Positions 33,922 through 44,740 of a stretch of DNA of 64,000 bases are shown in pieces. This stretch comes from Corallochytrium limacisporum Hawaii (lineage: Eukaryota > Protista > Pluriformea): assembly GCA_002811645.1 (NCBI GenBank), contig PDIP01000019.1, positions 41,163 through 105,162 of the forward strand, read 5' to 3'. Made by a program: the position numbers and the translations under genes. The notes beneath the pieces are model-generated. The model did not search any database. It was given only the letters and a program-made list of their open reading frames with translations, and was not told the origin of the DNA. Within the stretch, counting starts at the first letter, position 1; every line of letters begins with the position of its first letter.

Positions 33922-36900
33922 ATGCGGACAGCACTACACGATGCCGCCTTGGCGGGCGATGACAAGGCAGTCAAGAAGATTCTTAAGAAGGGAGTCCATG
34001 TCAATGAAGAGGACGAACACAAATTCACAGCCCTGGCACTGGCCTGCCGAGAGGGACATAAAGAAGTCGTCGAGTTACTGGTTGCCTCTGGAGCTGACGT
34101 CCAGTCCCAACTAGGAGAGGAACGAGACACGCCTTTGCATTGGGCTGCCTTCAACTGTCAACCGGACATTATTGACATTCTTCTGACCCGCGGTGCAAAT
34201 ATTCATGCTAAGGACGAACACGGGGAAACTCCGCTACTGTGGGCATGTCAAGAGGGTCACGTCGAGGCTGCACACCGACTCCTGGAACACGGTGCTGATA
34301 TTTACGACTCGGACAATTTGGGCCGCACAGGCCTACACATCTCCGCGGATCGTGGGCACACTGATTTGGTGGAAGAACTGCTGATGCAGGGGCTGGACAT
34401 GGAGGTCACTGACCGGATTCACTTCACCCCGCTTCATCGGGCGACGATTGAGGGCCGAAAAGAATGTGCAGAATATCTGGTGAACGCGGGTGCCCGCCTG
34501 GACGTCAAGGACAAGAAGGGAAACACGCCTCTGCACTGGGCATGCCGCACTGGAAACAATGAAATGACGGTGCTTTTCATCTACGCAGGTGCAGCCTTAA
34601 ATTTGCGCAACAACGGTGGAGAGACAGCCTTGCACACAGCCTGTCAATACGCCAACCGAGACATCGCCCAATTGCTCATTCTCGCCGGAGCTCCCGTGGA
34701 CGCTTCTGACTCCAAGGGGCGCACACCCCGAGATATTGATGAGGTCTTTGTCGACAGTGGTATCAGTCTCTACGATATGATCAAGGAGAATCTCATTGCC
34801 CAGGGTTGGCTGCCGCCTGGCGCATACCCTGCCGTTCCAATGGGATCACAGATGTCTGACATTTCATCTGGTATGACCACCAGTAATGGAGCCACTCTGA
34901 CAGCCACAAATTCCACGCTGCTCAATCCGACCAAACGTGTTGCTGCGGCACAGAATCTGCTGATGAGCCGGTCCAACACCACTCTGGGTACGGAAACCAG
35001 CTTGCGAGCACCTGGTCTGACCGCATGCGACGAGGGACCCGAGGATGTGCTCCAGGACGATCAGAGTGTCCGTACTGGTGATTTACCGATACTTTCCGAG
35101 CATGACAACCAGGACGGTGCCATTGGACTCTTTGACGCCAGCGCTGAGGTTATGCCCAGTGCTCTACCCAAGGATGCTGTTGGACCTACCGTGACTGCTG
35201 TTGCTGTGGCACGCCGTGTGTCTGATTCTCAGTCAGCTCCAGTTCGGCACCAGTCAGAAGCTGCGGCCGCAGCTCTTGCTCGCCGGGACGGGACAACTAT
35301 TGTACGCGGAACAGAGGGTCTTCCACAGACGGCGGAGTTCGGCTGTGATGCGGGTCAATTTGTGGATGACACATTCAAAGAACTGCAGGAGGCTGCCGCG
35401 GCAACCTTTACTCTTCCTTCGGCCGAGGAGTTAGAATTGCCGAGCACAAGTGGTGAGAGGACTGCATACGTGGTTCTGCCGGAAACGGATATGCCTCAAG
35501 GGCGTCAGAGGAGCTCCTTTGTCCGCAACATGGAAGTATATTTGAATGACGAGAATGATGCATATGCGGATGCCCAAGAGGACGATGAGGACCCGGAAAC
35601 GGTTAAAGCCGCAGTCGTTCAAGAGAAATCAGTGGAACAAAAAGTCCCTCAACAGCCCGACGTCCGCCCAGGTATCCCACCAATGACTGAGACCCCCAGG
35701 CTTCTGAAGCAAGATAGCGTGGCTGATCTCACTCATCTCACCCTCGAGCAGAGGGCTGCCCGCTTCGAAGAGGTCATGAAGATGCTGAAGCCAGATCTGG
35801 TCTCTTTCGAAGGAATCATGCCCGAAACGCACACAGTCTTGGACCAAATGGAGCAGGCACATTCTATGGCCACCACGTTTATGCATCTTGATGTCGCCGC
35901 ACACACATTGTCCAGTCAGGAAGCAGCAGTTAAATGCATCAACGTCCAGGCGAATACGGCCAAAGGCGAGTATGAGGTGGCGAAGATCAAACTGGAGAGT
36001 GCCCTTGCGACCGACGATGAAGACGAGGAGGCCCTGAACGCTGCTAAAGTCCAGCGTGACGAGGCTGAGAAGCGTTACATGGACCTCATGGGTAAGCACC
36101 TGGAAGCGCTCGACGAGCACCAGGCCCAGTTGACAGAGTTCATGGCTGCCGTGAATGGTACCCGGGTCCTGCTGGGTCAGGGCACGACTGGGTACGAGAA
36201 TGGTGACCTACGGGATAGCACACCGGATGAGGTTCCATCCCAGAGCTCCTACGCAACTCTCGACTCAGGATTCAACACCGTTCGAACCAACGAGATGTCC
36301 ACGAAAGATGATTCCACTGACCCTGCGGATGCCATTCTAGAGTATGCCCATCTCGCCTCAGATGTGTTGGGCACAACATATGAAGACTTTTTCCCCAAGA
36401 TGCACCGCAGCCAGCTTCTGGCAGCAAGCCTCTTACAGGAAATGCGTGCCTGTCTGGAGTGGCGCGAGGATCGTGACACTTTGGTGTCTACTATGCGCGG
36501 TGCCAATATCTCTGTCCTCGACCGTGCCTATGTCATGGCGGAGCTCCGCATTCGCGATGCGGAGGAACAGAGCAATCGGGTGCGCGCAAGCTTGGAAAGC
36601 TCTGCTGCCATCCGCAAGATCTACGACCAGACCATGACCACTGCAGAACAAGTACGCGTTCTGGAGAAGGAATACGAGGGTCTCATGGACGAAATTTCCG
36701 TTCTAGAGATGGAAAGGAAGCGTGACAGTGTCCGTGGTGTGAATCGTCGTGGCATGGATGCCACACTAAAGAGTCGTAAGGCACAGGCTTCCGACATCAA
36801 GCGCCGCATGGCAAAATTACGCAGTGTCCGCCCTCTTCGTAAGCTCGCAGTCTCTTATCCGGAGCTCCGCCTAGGTGACTCAACTGGTTCTTTGGCCGCA

Positions 36901-39687
36901 ACTCTGAGTGACCTCGGCACCAGTACCGCTGCCGTGACAGTCGGTGGTGGTATCCCAACGGATCAGACTCCGAAGGTAGTCATTCAAGAGCCGGACAACG
37001 TCGACGAAATGACGCAGGATGCTCTGAATGAGGAGTTGGTGAAGCACAACAGCGAGCTGGAGTCGCTCCTGGAGCGTCGCGACGATGAGGCGGATCGCAT
37101 TGATGAACTTGAAGTGGAGCGGAAGAAGATATTCCGTCGCGTGGCCCGAGCATCACGTGCTGAAGATCCCGAAAACGAGAAGATCATTGAACGCATCCGC
37201 GACGACCTAAAGGCGGCTAACGAAAGCCTTGCGGCCTTGGATAGACAAATTGCCACGAAGGAGGCACAGATCAAAGCTTTGAAGCAAGCTGCCAACAGGG
37301 ACAGGACCATCAGTGAAACCGGTTCAGGCGCCACCAGCGCGTGCGACCGTGAGACAAACTCCAGTACCGATGATCTTTACCTTGGAGAGGCAGTAGTGGG
37401 CAACTCTGATGGCACAAGCAACAATGCCCTGTGGAAGTCTCAACTTTTCCAGATCAAGCAGCTTCAACGCGGTAGCGCTGCAACTGAGGCCTTTGTGGCA
37501 GGTGCGCCCGGTTTGAGAGACAACTTGGTCATCAAGACCTATGAATTCCCGGAAGTTGTTCCCGTGTCTGTGGTGCACAAGATTGCTACGCTATCCCAAC
37601 TCTCTCATCCTCTGCTAAATCAGGTGCACTCCTGGCGGTGCCAGAACAGACATTTGAAACTTGCGGAGGACTACCAGGAAACTGGCAGTGTGCAGCCGAT
37701 GCTGCGCAAGTTGCAGGGCGATTTCCACTCAGAGGCTCCGCGGGAAAAGTGTTTGTTCACTCTGCGTGGTATAATGCGTCAGGTTATCCGTGCCGCAGCC
37801 TTCCTACATGCCCATGGTCTGAGCCATGGTAGCATTTGTCCGGAGAACATTCTCTTCGATTCCACCACCAGTGCCGTGAAGCTAAACGATGCGGTGATCC
37901 CACAGGCGCTACGTCAGGCGTATGGTGGCGCGTCTGCCATGTCTCCGATGTCTGCTATCTTTGAAGCCCCGGAGCGTGCACGGAACAGTTCGTACGCGGA
38001 CACGCCGCTATTGAAGTCCTTCATTGAGGACAGCTGGGCCATCGGTATGACGTTCCTCTGTGTCTATGTTGGTGAGGCGGTGAACTACAGTGCTCCTAAC
38101 GACCAGTTCATGCTGCTCAATGATGGTGAACCTCTGGAACTCGACGCCCTGGTTTCCAAGGCAGCAAAGGGAATCGAACATGACTGCGTGGCAGTTCTTA
38201 AACAGCTGCTCCAGTCCAATCCGATGGAGCGTATGACATGCGCAAATGCTCTGCAGACCCCGTTCTTGGCGGCCAACGTGAGTGCTCTGGAGGTGCCTCA
38301 GAACCTCGTGCTCACACCGTCCTCCGTGGAGAGCCAGCGCACCCTGTCCAGTCGCTTGGTGCAGCAGCAAATCAAGAATGGCCTGGCCGTTGCCAATGAT
38401 GCCGAGACGTGCTTAACCATTGTATTGAGCTCCGTTGAAGATACTCAGAAGAGCGCCGCTGAGCTGATCGAGGCTTTCATCGACATGGACATTGAAGATG
38501 TGGTCGGCAAGGAGCTTATCATCAAGGAAGATGCCCCTGATGCTCAGGCACAGATGACTGGTCCGCTGCTGTCCCGCGCCATCGCACATTACACGGGAAT
38601 CGAGAAGGAACAGGACAGCAGTATGTTCCTGTGCAGCCCAAACAAGAGTGAGAAGCGCAGCACCTTGACTTCGACCATGTTCGGTGGTGAAGGCGGCATT
38701 AACTTGCTGCCTCTCAAGGACTTCGATATTAGCGACAGTGGTGTAGATCGTGAGCGTGCAAACTTGGTTTATGGTGCCCTGGGTAAGATGATAGTGCGGA
38801 GCATGATGGAAGGATACCAGTTTGAGGAGTTCTCTTTCCACCCGATCATTTGGGTCATGGCCTGTGGTATGGAGTTTGACCACCGTATTGGGCACCAGGG
38901 CCTGATGAGCTTCCTGGCCGCCTATGACCGTGATCTGGTCAACGATATTGAGCATCGCATCTCCTCAGCGGACGAAAACAGCCGCCTGGAGCTTACGATG
39001 ATCCTTGCACGCCTGGATGACATCGGTGACACCTCATCCTTGAACTCCACCAAGAAGATTGACCGGATGGACCAGATGGAGCTGCTGGAGACCGTGGATG
39101 GTGCTATCGTTGCCTACCTTAAGGATAGCCGCAGCCTGAATCTTGTGTCCCTGGTGGAGCCCATCCAGGCGGCGATTAAACGCATGGGCTCTGAGTCTGT
39201 GTGCTGGTGGGATTTGGCGAACCTGATGCACCCACTTGAGCACGTCTATGCCGTTGACCTAATGAACAACTTTTTCCTCAGCGACAATCTCAGCGCCAAG
39301 CAGGCCGAGTTTGTTCGCTACTTCCTTCAGACAGCGGATCGATCGACCCTGCGCACGTTGGTGTTTGCTATCAGTGGCTTCCAGTCGGTCGCTGGTCTGG
39401 CCAGGAGCCAGTCAATGATTGTCATCATTCCTCAGACTCGTGCCAGTGGTGGACGTATCAGCTATCTGTGGGAGAACCCAACCCTGGTGCTGCCCGAGCA
39501 CAAAACTTTCGAAGAATTCTTGAAGGCGATGAACAGGTTCCTGAGCGGTGTCAGCCCTGCGGGAGGACCATCTCTCCTGAAGCCGACTCCAGAGCAGCTG
39601 CAACAGCGAGTCTCCGACACGACGCAGACCAAATGTCACAGCGGTCTGAGCGTTCGTTATGGCCGCATCATTGTGCACGGTCTGTGA
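33922..39687 (+). CDS. 1921-aa protein: about 8 ankyrin repeats, coiled coils, pseudokinase, degenerate HECT-like C-terminus
   Basis: Uninterrupted 5.8-kb ORF. Ankyrin repeats TALH/TPLH/TPLL/TGLH in the first ~270 aa; E/K/R/L heptad coils; kinase fold (LVIK, LSHPLL, HGSICPENILF, VKLNDA, APE, DSWAIG, PMERMT); HECT-like motifs from ~38500 to 39545. Confidence 0.9.
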   Translation: MRTALHDAALAGDDKAVKKILKKGVHVNEEDEHKFTALALACREGHKEVVELLVASGADVQSQLGEERDTPLHWAAFNCQPDIIDILLTRGANIHAKDEHGETPLLWACQEGHVEAAHRLLEHGADIYDSDNLGRTGLHISADRGHTDLVEELLMQGLDMEVTDRIHFTPLHRATIEGRKECAEYLVNAGARLDVKDKKGNTPLHWACRTGNNEMTVLFIYAGAALNLRNNGGETALHTACQYANRDIAQLLILAGAPVDASDSKGRTPRDIDEVFVDSGISLYDMIKENLIAQGWLPPGAYPAVPMGSQMSDISSGMTTSNGATLTATNSTLLNPTKRVAAAQNLLMSRSNTTLGTETSLRAPGLTACDEGPEDVLQDDQSVRTGDLPILSEHDNQDGAIGLFDASAEVMPSALPKDAVGPTVTAVAVARRVSDSQSAPVRHQSEAAAAALARRDGTTIVRGTEGLPQTAEFGCDAGQFVDDTFKELQEAAAATFTLPSAEELELPSTSGERTAYVVLPETDMPQGRQRSSFVRNMEVYLNDENDAYADAQEDDEDPETVKAAVVQEKSVEQKVPQQPDVRPGIPPMTETPRLLKQDSVADLTHLTLEQRAARFEEVMKMLKPDLVSFEGIMPETHTVLDQMEQAHSMATTFMHLDVAAHTLSSQEAAVKCINVQANTAKGEYEVAKIKLESALATDDEDEEALNAAKVQRDEAEKRYMDLMGKHLEALDEHQAQLTEFMAAVNGTRVLLGQGTTGYENGDLRDSTPDEVPSQSSYATLDSGFNTVRTNEMSTKDDSTDPADAILEYAHLASDVLGTTYEDFFPKMHRSQLLAASLLQEMRACLEWREDRDTLVSTMRGANISVLDRAYVMAELRIRDAEEQSNRVRASLESSAAIRKIYDQTMTTAEQVRVLEKEYEGLMDEISVLEMERKRDSVRGVNRRGMDATLKSRKAQASDIKRRMAKLRSVRPLRKLAVSYPELRLGDSTGSLAATLSDLGTSTAAVTVGGGIPTDQTPKVVIQEPDNVDEMTQDALNEELVKHNSELESLLERRDDEADRIDELEVERKKIFRRVARASRAEDPENEKIIERIRDDLKAANESLAALDRQIATKEAQIKALKQAANRDRTISETGSGATSACDRETNSSTDDLYLGEAVVGNSDGTSNNALWKSQLFQIKQLQRGSAATEAFVAGAPGLRDNLVIKTYEFPEVVPVSVVHKIATLSQLSHPLLNQVHSWRCQNRHLKLAEDYQETGSVQPMLRKLQGDFHSEAPREKCLFTLRGIMRQVIRAAAFLHAHGLSHGSICPENILFDSTTSAVKLNDAVIPQALRQAYGGASAMSPMSAIFEAPERARNSSYADTPLLKSFIEDSWAIGMTFLCVYVGEAVNYSAPNDQFMLLNDGEPLELDALVSKAAKGIEHDCVAVLKQLLQSNPMERMTCANALQTPFLAANVSALEVPQNLVLTPSSVESQRTLSSRLVQQQIKNGLAVANDAETCLTIVLSSVEDTQKSAAELIEAFIDMDIEDVVGKELIIKEDAPDAQAQMTGPLLSRAIAHYTGIEKEQDSSMFLCSPNKSEKRSTLTSTMFGGEGGINLLPLKDFDISDSGVDRERANLVYGALGKMIVRSMMEGYQFEEFSFHPIIWVMACGMEFDHRIGHQGLMSFLAAYDRDLVNDIEHRISSADENSRLELTMILARLDDIGDTSSLNSTKKIDRMDQMELLETVDGAIVAYLKDSRSLNLVSLVEPIQAAIKRMGSESVCWWDLANLMHPLEHVYAVDLMNNFFLSDNLSAKQAEFVRYFLQTADRSTLRTLVFAISGFQSVAGLARSQSMIVIIPQTRASGGRISYLWENPTLVLPEHKTFEEFLKAMNRFLSGVSPAGGPSLLKPTPEQLQQRVSDTTQTKCHSGLSVRYGRIIVHGL

Positions 39688-40515
39688 GCTGTCTTTTCTA
39701 AACTATTTGTGACATAATCGAAAACAGTATAGCTTTACAATATTCCAGTTGCAGCATGTCAACCATTTTGTTTTGGATGCTATGGTTGGTTGGGAATAAG
39801 ACTTCTTCTTTCCGACCGTAGCTACCATCATGGCATAGTCATCGGACTGCGCAAAGAAAAAAAAAAGAAACATAAATGATGCAAATTGGGCCAATCCTCC
39901 CCGAAGAAGATTGCAGCGGTTCACTGCAGGGCTAATAAAGGCGTAAAGTGAGAGAACTTGCGTAGGGTGATTTCTTTGGCACCACCGTGAAAATCCCGGA
40001 CGCAGGTCAAGGGTCTCCATATACACCGCTTCCCCCTCCCTTCCGCGGCCATCCCCGGGAGGGGCGGAGGCCGTAGGCGGGTGGACTTTTCCGGCTCCTG
40101 GTGGCCAGAGTCCTAACCCAGAGCGGGACGACGGAGGCGGGCGCAGCTGTAACAAAAAACAGTGGTGCCCTGCGCCGCCGCTGTAAGGAAGAAGGTCGAA
40201 GAAGCCGGAATATGAGTGGGCCCTACAGCCGACGTCCAAATACAGATGCCGCCAAAACAAAGCAAGCGAAAGGTAGATAACAGCACCCCGCCCGAAAACA
40301 CTAAAGGAGACGGTAGTGTATGAAGACGCAGGGCTGCTGGGTTTGCCTTCTGTTCGTCAGGGTTTCAAAAGTGAGAAACTTGGTTTAACGCACAGTTAGA
40401 CCGATAGCACGACTACCACGAAGAAATGTAAAGGAAATTGTTGCACAGATGAAAGGAGAAGTGTGTAAAACAGATCTATGATGTAGTATTGGCAAGAGAC
40501 TGTCAGTTGTAATTC

Positions 40516-42207
40516 ATGAATTTGGGATCAACTCCACCGGTCAGTCCAGCACGTTCAGTCACACTCAGCATAAGATCAAACGGGTCTGTTGCATCAGGGG
40601 CATCAAGTAATGGACCAGTAGGTAGCAACGACAGTAGATCACCAGTGCGACAGGTACAGCGAGGCAAAGTCGTCGGTTGGGCGGCCGAGAATGAGTACCA
40701 CGAATGGGTGCCCATGAGCAGTCTCAGTGAGGCGAGTGAAACACCGGACCCGTTAATGGAATCATACCATCGCATCATGGCGGAACAGAATCAGCAACAG
40801 CAGCAGCAACAGCAGCAGCAACAAGAGGAGGCATCCTCAAACGTGGGGGCGCACAAGCCAGGGTTGGTGGCCTCCGTTGGTCTGATTCCCTTGTTTTGCT
40901 TCTGGATCTTTGGATTGTGTAACAACTATGGCTACGTCGTCATGCTTAGTGCGGCAGAGGATATTCTGAGCCGCAGTGACGCGGGACGGTCGCTACCGAC
41001 GGGTGCGATCCTCGTGGTTGACATTCTTCCGACGTTCTTCACAAAGATTTGTGGACCATTCGTGGTGCACCGGTTCTCGTACAGTTTGCGGATCTGTCTC
41101 TGCGTAGTCATGGCGGCTTCGAGCTTTCTGATTGTTGCGGACGGGGGGGAATCGGAAAGTGGTTCCCTCGGGCTGTCCCTTTTTGGAGTTGCATTGGCCT
41201 CGGCGGCCAGTGGACTTGGAGAGATCACGTTCCTGTCCCTGACTTCCCACTTCCACAAACTCACGGTGGGTGCATGGAGTTCGGGCACGGGCGGTGCCGG
41301 TATCCTTGGGGCATTTAGCTACGCCTTCCTTACACAAATATTCCACGATCCGGCCACAACGTTGCGGTGGAATGTGGTTGTTCCAATTGCGATGGGTCTG
41401 TCCTATGTGTTGCTTCTGTACCACTGGAGCACGCGGGAAGAGGTTGACCCGCATACTCAGCGAGGGCAAGGTGATGAGGAAACAGGCAGGATCATGCAGG
41501 ACGATTCGCATGCAGACTATGCTCCGCTGATTGACCGGGAGGAGAATGATGTCGGTGTGGACAGCGGGTCTCTGGACACCATCCAAACCAACCGGTTTGA
41601 GGAAGGTGACGAAGTGGCGGGATCAATCCCCGCTCCGAGAATTTCGTCCACAACGTTCCACGATCTGCCTCTGCTGTCTAAATTGAAATCGACGAGGTTG
41701 CTCGTCGTGCCGTACATGATCCCCTTGTTCTTGGTCTACCTGGCAGAGTATCTAATCAACCAGGGCGTGGTGGAGCACATTGCCTTCAAGCCTGAGAATA
41801 ATGTGTACGGCCTCACACGGGAGGAACAGTACCGATGGTACCAGGCCATCTACCAAACGGGTGTCTTTGTGAGTCGGTCATCGATCGCCTGTGTGACTTT
41901 CCACCGTCTACTGCCCCTGGCAGTGTTGCAATTTGTTAATTTGGCAGTGCTGTTCGCGGATGCATACTTCCGTATCCTCGGCAGTTTGTCAGTCATCTTT
42001 ATGATTATCTTCTGGGAGGGTCTGCTGGGCGGTGCTACCTACGTGAATGCCTTCCATGACATGTCGGAACGGATCAGGCCCAAGAGCCGGCTCGAGTTTA
42101 GTCTGTCGGTCGCAAGTGTGGCAGACAGTGCGGGTATTTCCACGGCGAGCATGTTGTCTTTTGTCGTCAATTCGATCTTGAAGGGCAGAGATCAACCAAG
42201 GCGGTAA
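40516..42207 (+). CDS. CLN3: Battenin/CLN3 (BTN1) lysosomal membrane protein
   Basis: FWIFGLCNNYGYVVMLSAAEDIL, GLGEITFL, WSSGTGGAG, PLFLVYLAEYLINQG, YQTGVFVSRSS, WEGLLGGATYVNAF. Confidence 0.96.
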   Translation: MNLGSTPPVSPARSVTLSIRSNGSVASGASSNGPVGSNDSRSPVRQVQRGKVVGWAAENEYHEWVPMSSLSEASETPDPLMESYHRIMAEQNQQQQQQQQQQQEEASSNVGAHKPGLVASVGLIPLFCFWIFGLCNNYGYVVMLSAAEDILSRSDAGRSLPTGAILVVDILPTFFTKICGPFVVHRFSYSLRICLCVVMAASSFLIVADGGESESGSLGLSLFGVALASAASGLGEITFLSLTSHFHKLTVGAWSSGTGGAGILGAFSYAFLTQIFHDPATTLRWNVVVPIAMGLSYVLLLYHWSTREEVDPHTQRGQGDEETGRIMQDDSHADYAPLIDREENDVGVDSGSLDTIQTNRFEEGDEVAGSIPAPRISSTTFHDLPLLSKLKSTRLLVVPYMIPLFLVYLAEYLINQGVVEHIAFKPENNVYGLTREEQYRWYQAIYQTGVFVSRSSIACVTFHRLLPLAVLQFVNLAVLFADAYFRILGSLSVIFMIIFWEGLLGGATYVNAFHDMSERIRPKSRLEFSLSVASVADSAGISTASMLSFVVNSILKGRDQPRR

Positions 42208-42335
42208 ATGTTAATGAACTGTACAAGATGTGTATTTCTAAGGTGTGTGAATAGTAAATTGAGTTGGATGGCTGGCAAATCATATCGACATGGATAGATA
42301 AAGACAGAAATAGTCAAGATGTGACGAAACGAAGT

Positions 42336-43595
42336 TTACACTTCATGCTTGGTGAAGGGCGTCATGGACTCGCGGTACAACGATTCGCCGCCCTTGCGCT
42401 TCTTCCAGGGCATACGCTTACTCCATTGCATGCGCTCGCTCCATTCCGTGTGCGAGTTACACCAGCTGTTGTCACCGTAAATCAACCAATAAATCAGAGC
42501 AAGCCCAAAGGCCGGGCCCACGATATTTCCGAGCACCACTGGGATCTGGTTGTCCACCCAAAACTCTGACCATCCGACGGCTTGGCTGTTGCCGATCAGG
42601 AATCCCTGGGGAACAAGATAGAGGTTGGCAATCGAATGTTCGAGTCCAAGAGCAACAAACACGCAAATTGGCATGAACGTGCCCATGATCTTTCCGGGCA
42701 CGTCAAGAGCGGCGGTGGACTGCCAGAGGGCAATGCAGACGAGCCAGTTGGCCAGCATGCCACGTACAAAGGCCACACCAAAGCTCGATCCCGTCTTGCC
42801 CTCGGCAATCTCTTCGGCAAAGGCCAGCATGTCAGGTTTCAGAACATCAGCGGCTTTGGCCAATCCGAGAATCACCAGGGACCCGACAAAGTTACCGCAC
42901 CAGGCAGTAAACCAGACCTTTACTACGTCCAACGCTCGGACCCTACGGTGCAGCCAACCGGTTGTCATGACCGCGACATCTCCGGTGAAGAGCTCCGCAG
43001 GTGTGATCACCACCAGGGCCAGTGCGAACGGGAAAAGAAGGCCTAAAAGTAGTGATCGCAGGCCGGGATTATTTTCGGCCATATCGGGGGTTGATCCACC
43101 GATGGCTGTGATGAACAGACCGCCGAAAGAAACATAGACACCGGCCATAAAGCTGAGCAGGAATGTTTTCGGAATGCCTTGCCTGGCCTTGCTGACGCTC
43201 ATATCGCTGATGGTCTGGAAGATCTCTGGTCCGGTGCGGCTGAGAACAATGGGCAAAGGCCCAGCAGGAACAAAGGTAAATGTCTGGGATGTCACTGTAC
43301 CTTTCAGTTGAGCCATGTCGTCGTGGCCTTCGTTTTCGGCTTCCTTGTATTCTGATATGGCTTGAATGAACTCATCTCCCTTGCTGACCTTGCAATGTCC
43401 GGAATGTGGGCGACTCGGAGACTGTGGTTCCGGGATTACTTCTGTGGTATCCTCCATGTAGGCTGAGTATCGCTGGGTCAACTCTTGCGCCAATCGCTCC
43501 TCGTCCTGGGCGAGACTTTGTACGGAAAGGCGCGCAGGTTGGAAACTCGCAATGTCCTCCCCCGAGTAATCACATTCCACATTCTGATGCATCAT
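42336..43595 (-). CDS. Formate/nitrite transporter (FNT family)
   Basis: MAGVYVSFG, GLLFPFAL, AELFTGD, GNFVGS, RGMLANWLVC, GLEHSIANLY, IPVVLGNIVG. Acidic N-terminal extension of about 120 aa. Confidence 0.93.
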   Translation of the reverse strand: MMHQNVECDYSGEDIASFQPARLSVQSLAQDEERLAQELTQRYSAYMEDTTEVIPEPQSPSRPHSGHCKVSKGDEFIQAISEYKEAENEGHDDMAQLKGTVTSQTFTFVPAGPLPIVLSRTGPEIFQTISDMSVSKARQGIPKTFLLSFMAGVYVSFGGLFITAIGGSTPDMAENNPGLRSLLLGLLFPFALALVVITPAELFTGDVAVMTTGWLHRRVRALDVVKVWFTAWCGNFVGSLVILGLAKAADVLKPDMLAFAEEIAEGKTGSSFGVAFVRGMLANWLVCIALWQSTAALDVPGKIMGTFMPICVFVALGLEHSIANLYLVPQGFLIGNSQAVGWSEFWVDNQIPVVLGNIVGPAFGLALIYWLIYGDNSWCNSHTEWSERMQWSKRMPWKKRKGGESLYRESMTPFTKHEV

Positions 43596-44589
43596 GATGC
43601 GGTGTATTCAAAGCAAACCGAACTATCTCAATGAATCCAATACTATCCTAGTCGTTCTGGTCTCACTGTTGATGTTTCCGAACAGCGGATTTCCATCATT
43701 TGGTGTCGGATGCACGCCTGACGAGGGCCTTTCCCTCTCGCTTTCCCACACCAAAAGCCTCCGGATCATCCCATTCAAATACCACACAGGGGCCATCAAA
43801 GGTTACTGTGGTGTTTATCACTCATGTCTCATGTATCTCATCACCACAGCCAGAAATTCCATCATCGTCGCATCAACTCTAATCTCACCGGGAGCGGCTG
43901 TGAAGCACCATCCACTCCAATTCGACCTAGATCTTCCTAAGTGCCACCCTTCCCAACACCACCCCCGCGGTGCTGACAGCGCCCTTCTTGCCTGGCTTTC
44001 CGCTCTCACCGCTCCCTTCCCCCCCCCCTTCTCTCTCTCTCCACGATTCCTTTCCCTTAAGTCCGCACGCTGTCCTCCTCCTCTCTCGCTCTCTATCTTC
44101 TCTCTCTCCTGACGTGTCCGTCTCTACACGCAAATGATGAAATTGGCAGCAGCCGCCATCTTCGCCCGTGAAACCGACACCTCTCCTAAGCCCCCATCGT
44201 CCCAACTCTCCCTTTTTTTTATCTCTCTCTCTCTCTCTCTCTGTGTCTGTTTCTCTCTTTCTTTCTACTTTCTTCTTCTCACTCTCACTGAACCACCACC
44301 ATGTTTTTTATTCCTTTTCGTATAGATTATACCAAAACATCACCATCATTGGACTTTCGGGGAGTTGGAGACGGGCGCATAGCCGAAAAAATACTGGGCG
44401 CGCGGGTGTTGGGAGAAGGGGGGGGGGAGTTTTAGGTTTTAAAATTACCCCCCCCCCTTTTTTTTCCCTTGTTCCTTTTTGAATTTTCGGGGCTTGGGAA
44501 GGAGAAGAGGGAGGGAGGGAGGAGAGGGGGGGGACCCCTTGGGTTCCCCCACACCCGACCTTGGGTAGGCGTCGGTTGTTGCGATCTCG

Positions 44590-44740
44590 CTCTCTCTCTC
44601 ACTCTCTCTCTCTCTCTGTGTCTGTCTGTCTCTCTCTCTCTCTGTGTCTGTCTGTCTGTCTCTCTCTCTCTGTGTCTGTCTGTCTGTCTCTCTCTCTCTG
44701 TGTCTGTCTGTCTCTCTCTCTCTCTCTCTGTGTCTGTCTC
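44590..44740. repeat. Compound (TC)n-TGTG-(TCTG)n higher-order microsatellite
   Basis: About five iterations of a (TC) run followed by TGTG(TCTG)1-3. Confidence 0.9.

Noticed and set aside
35629-39678. Antisense and alternative-frame ORFs inside real CDSs
   Set aside because: Shadow ORFs expected from GC-rich codon usage.
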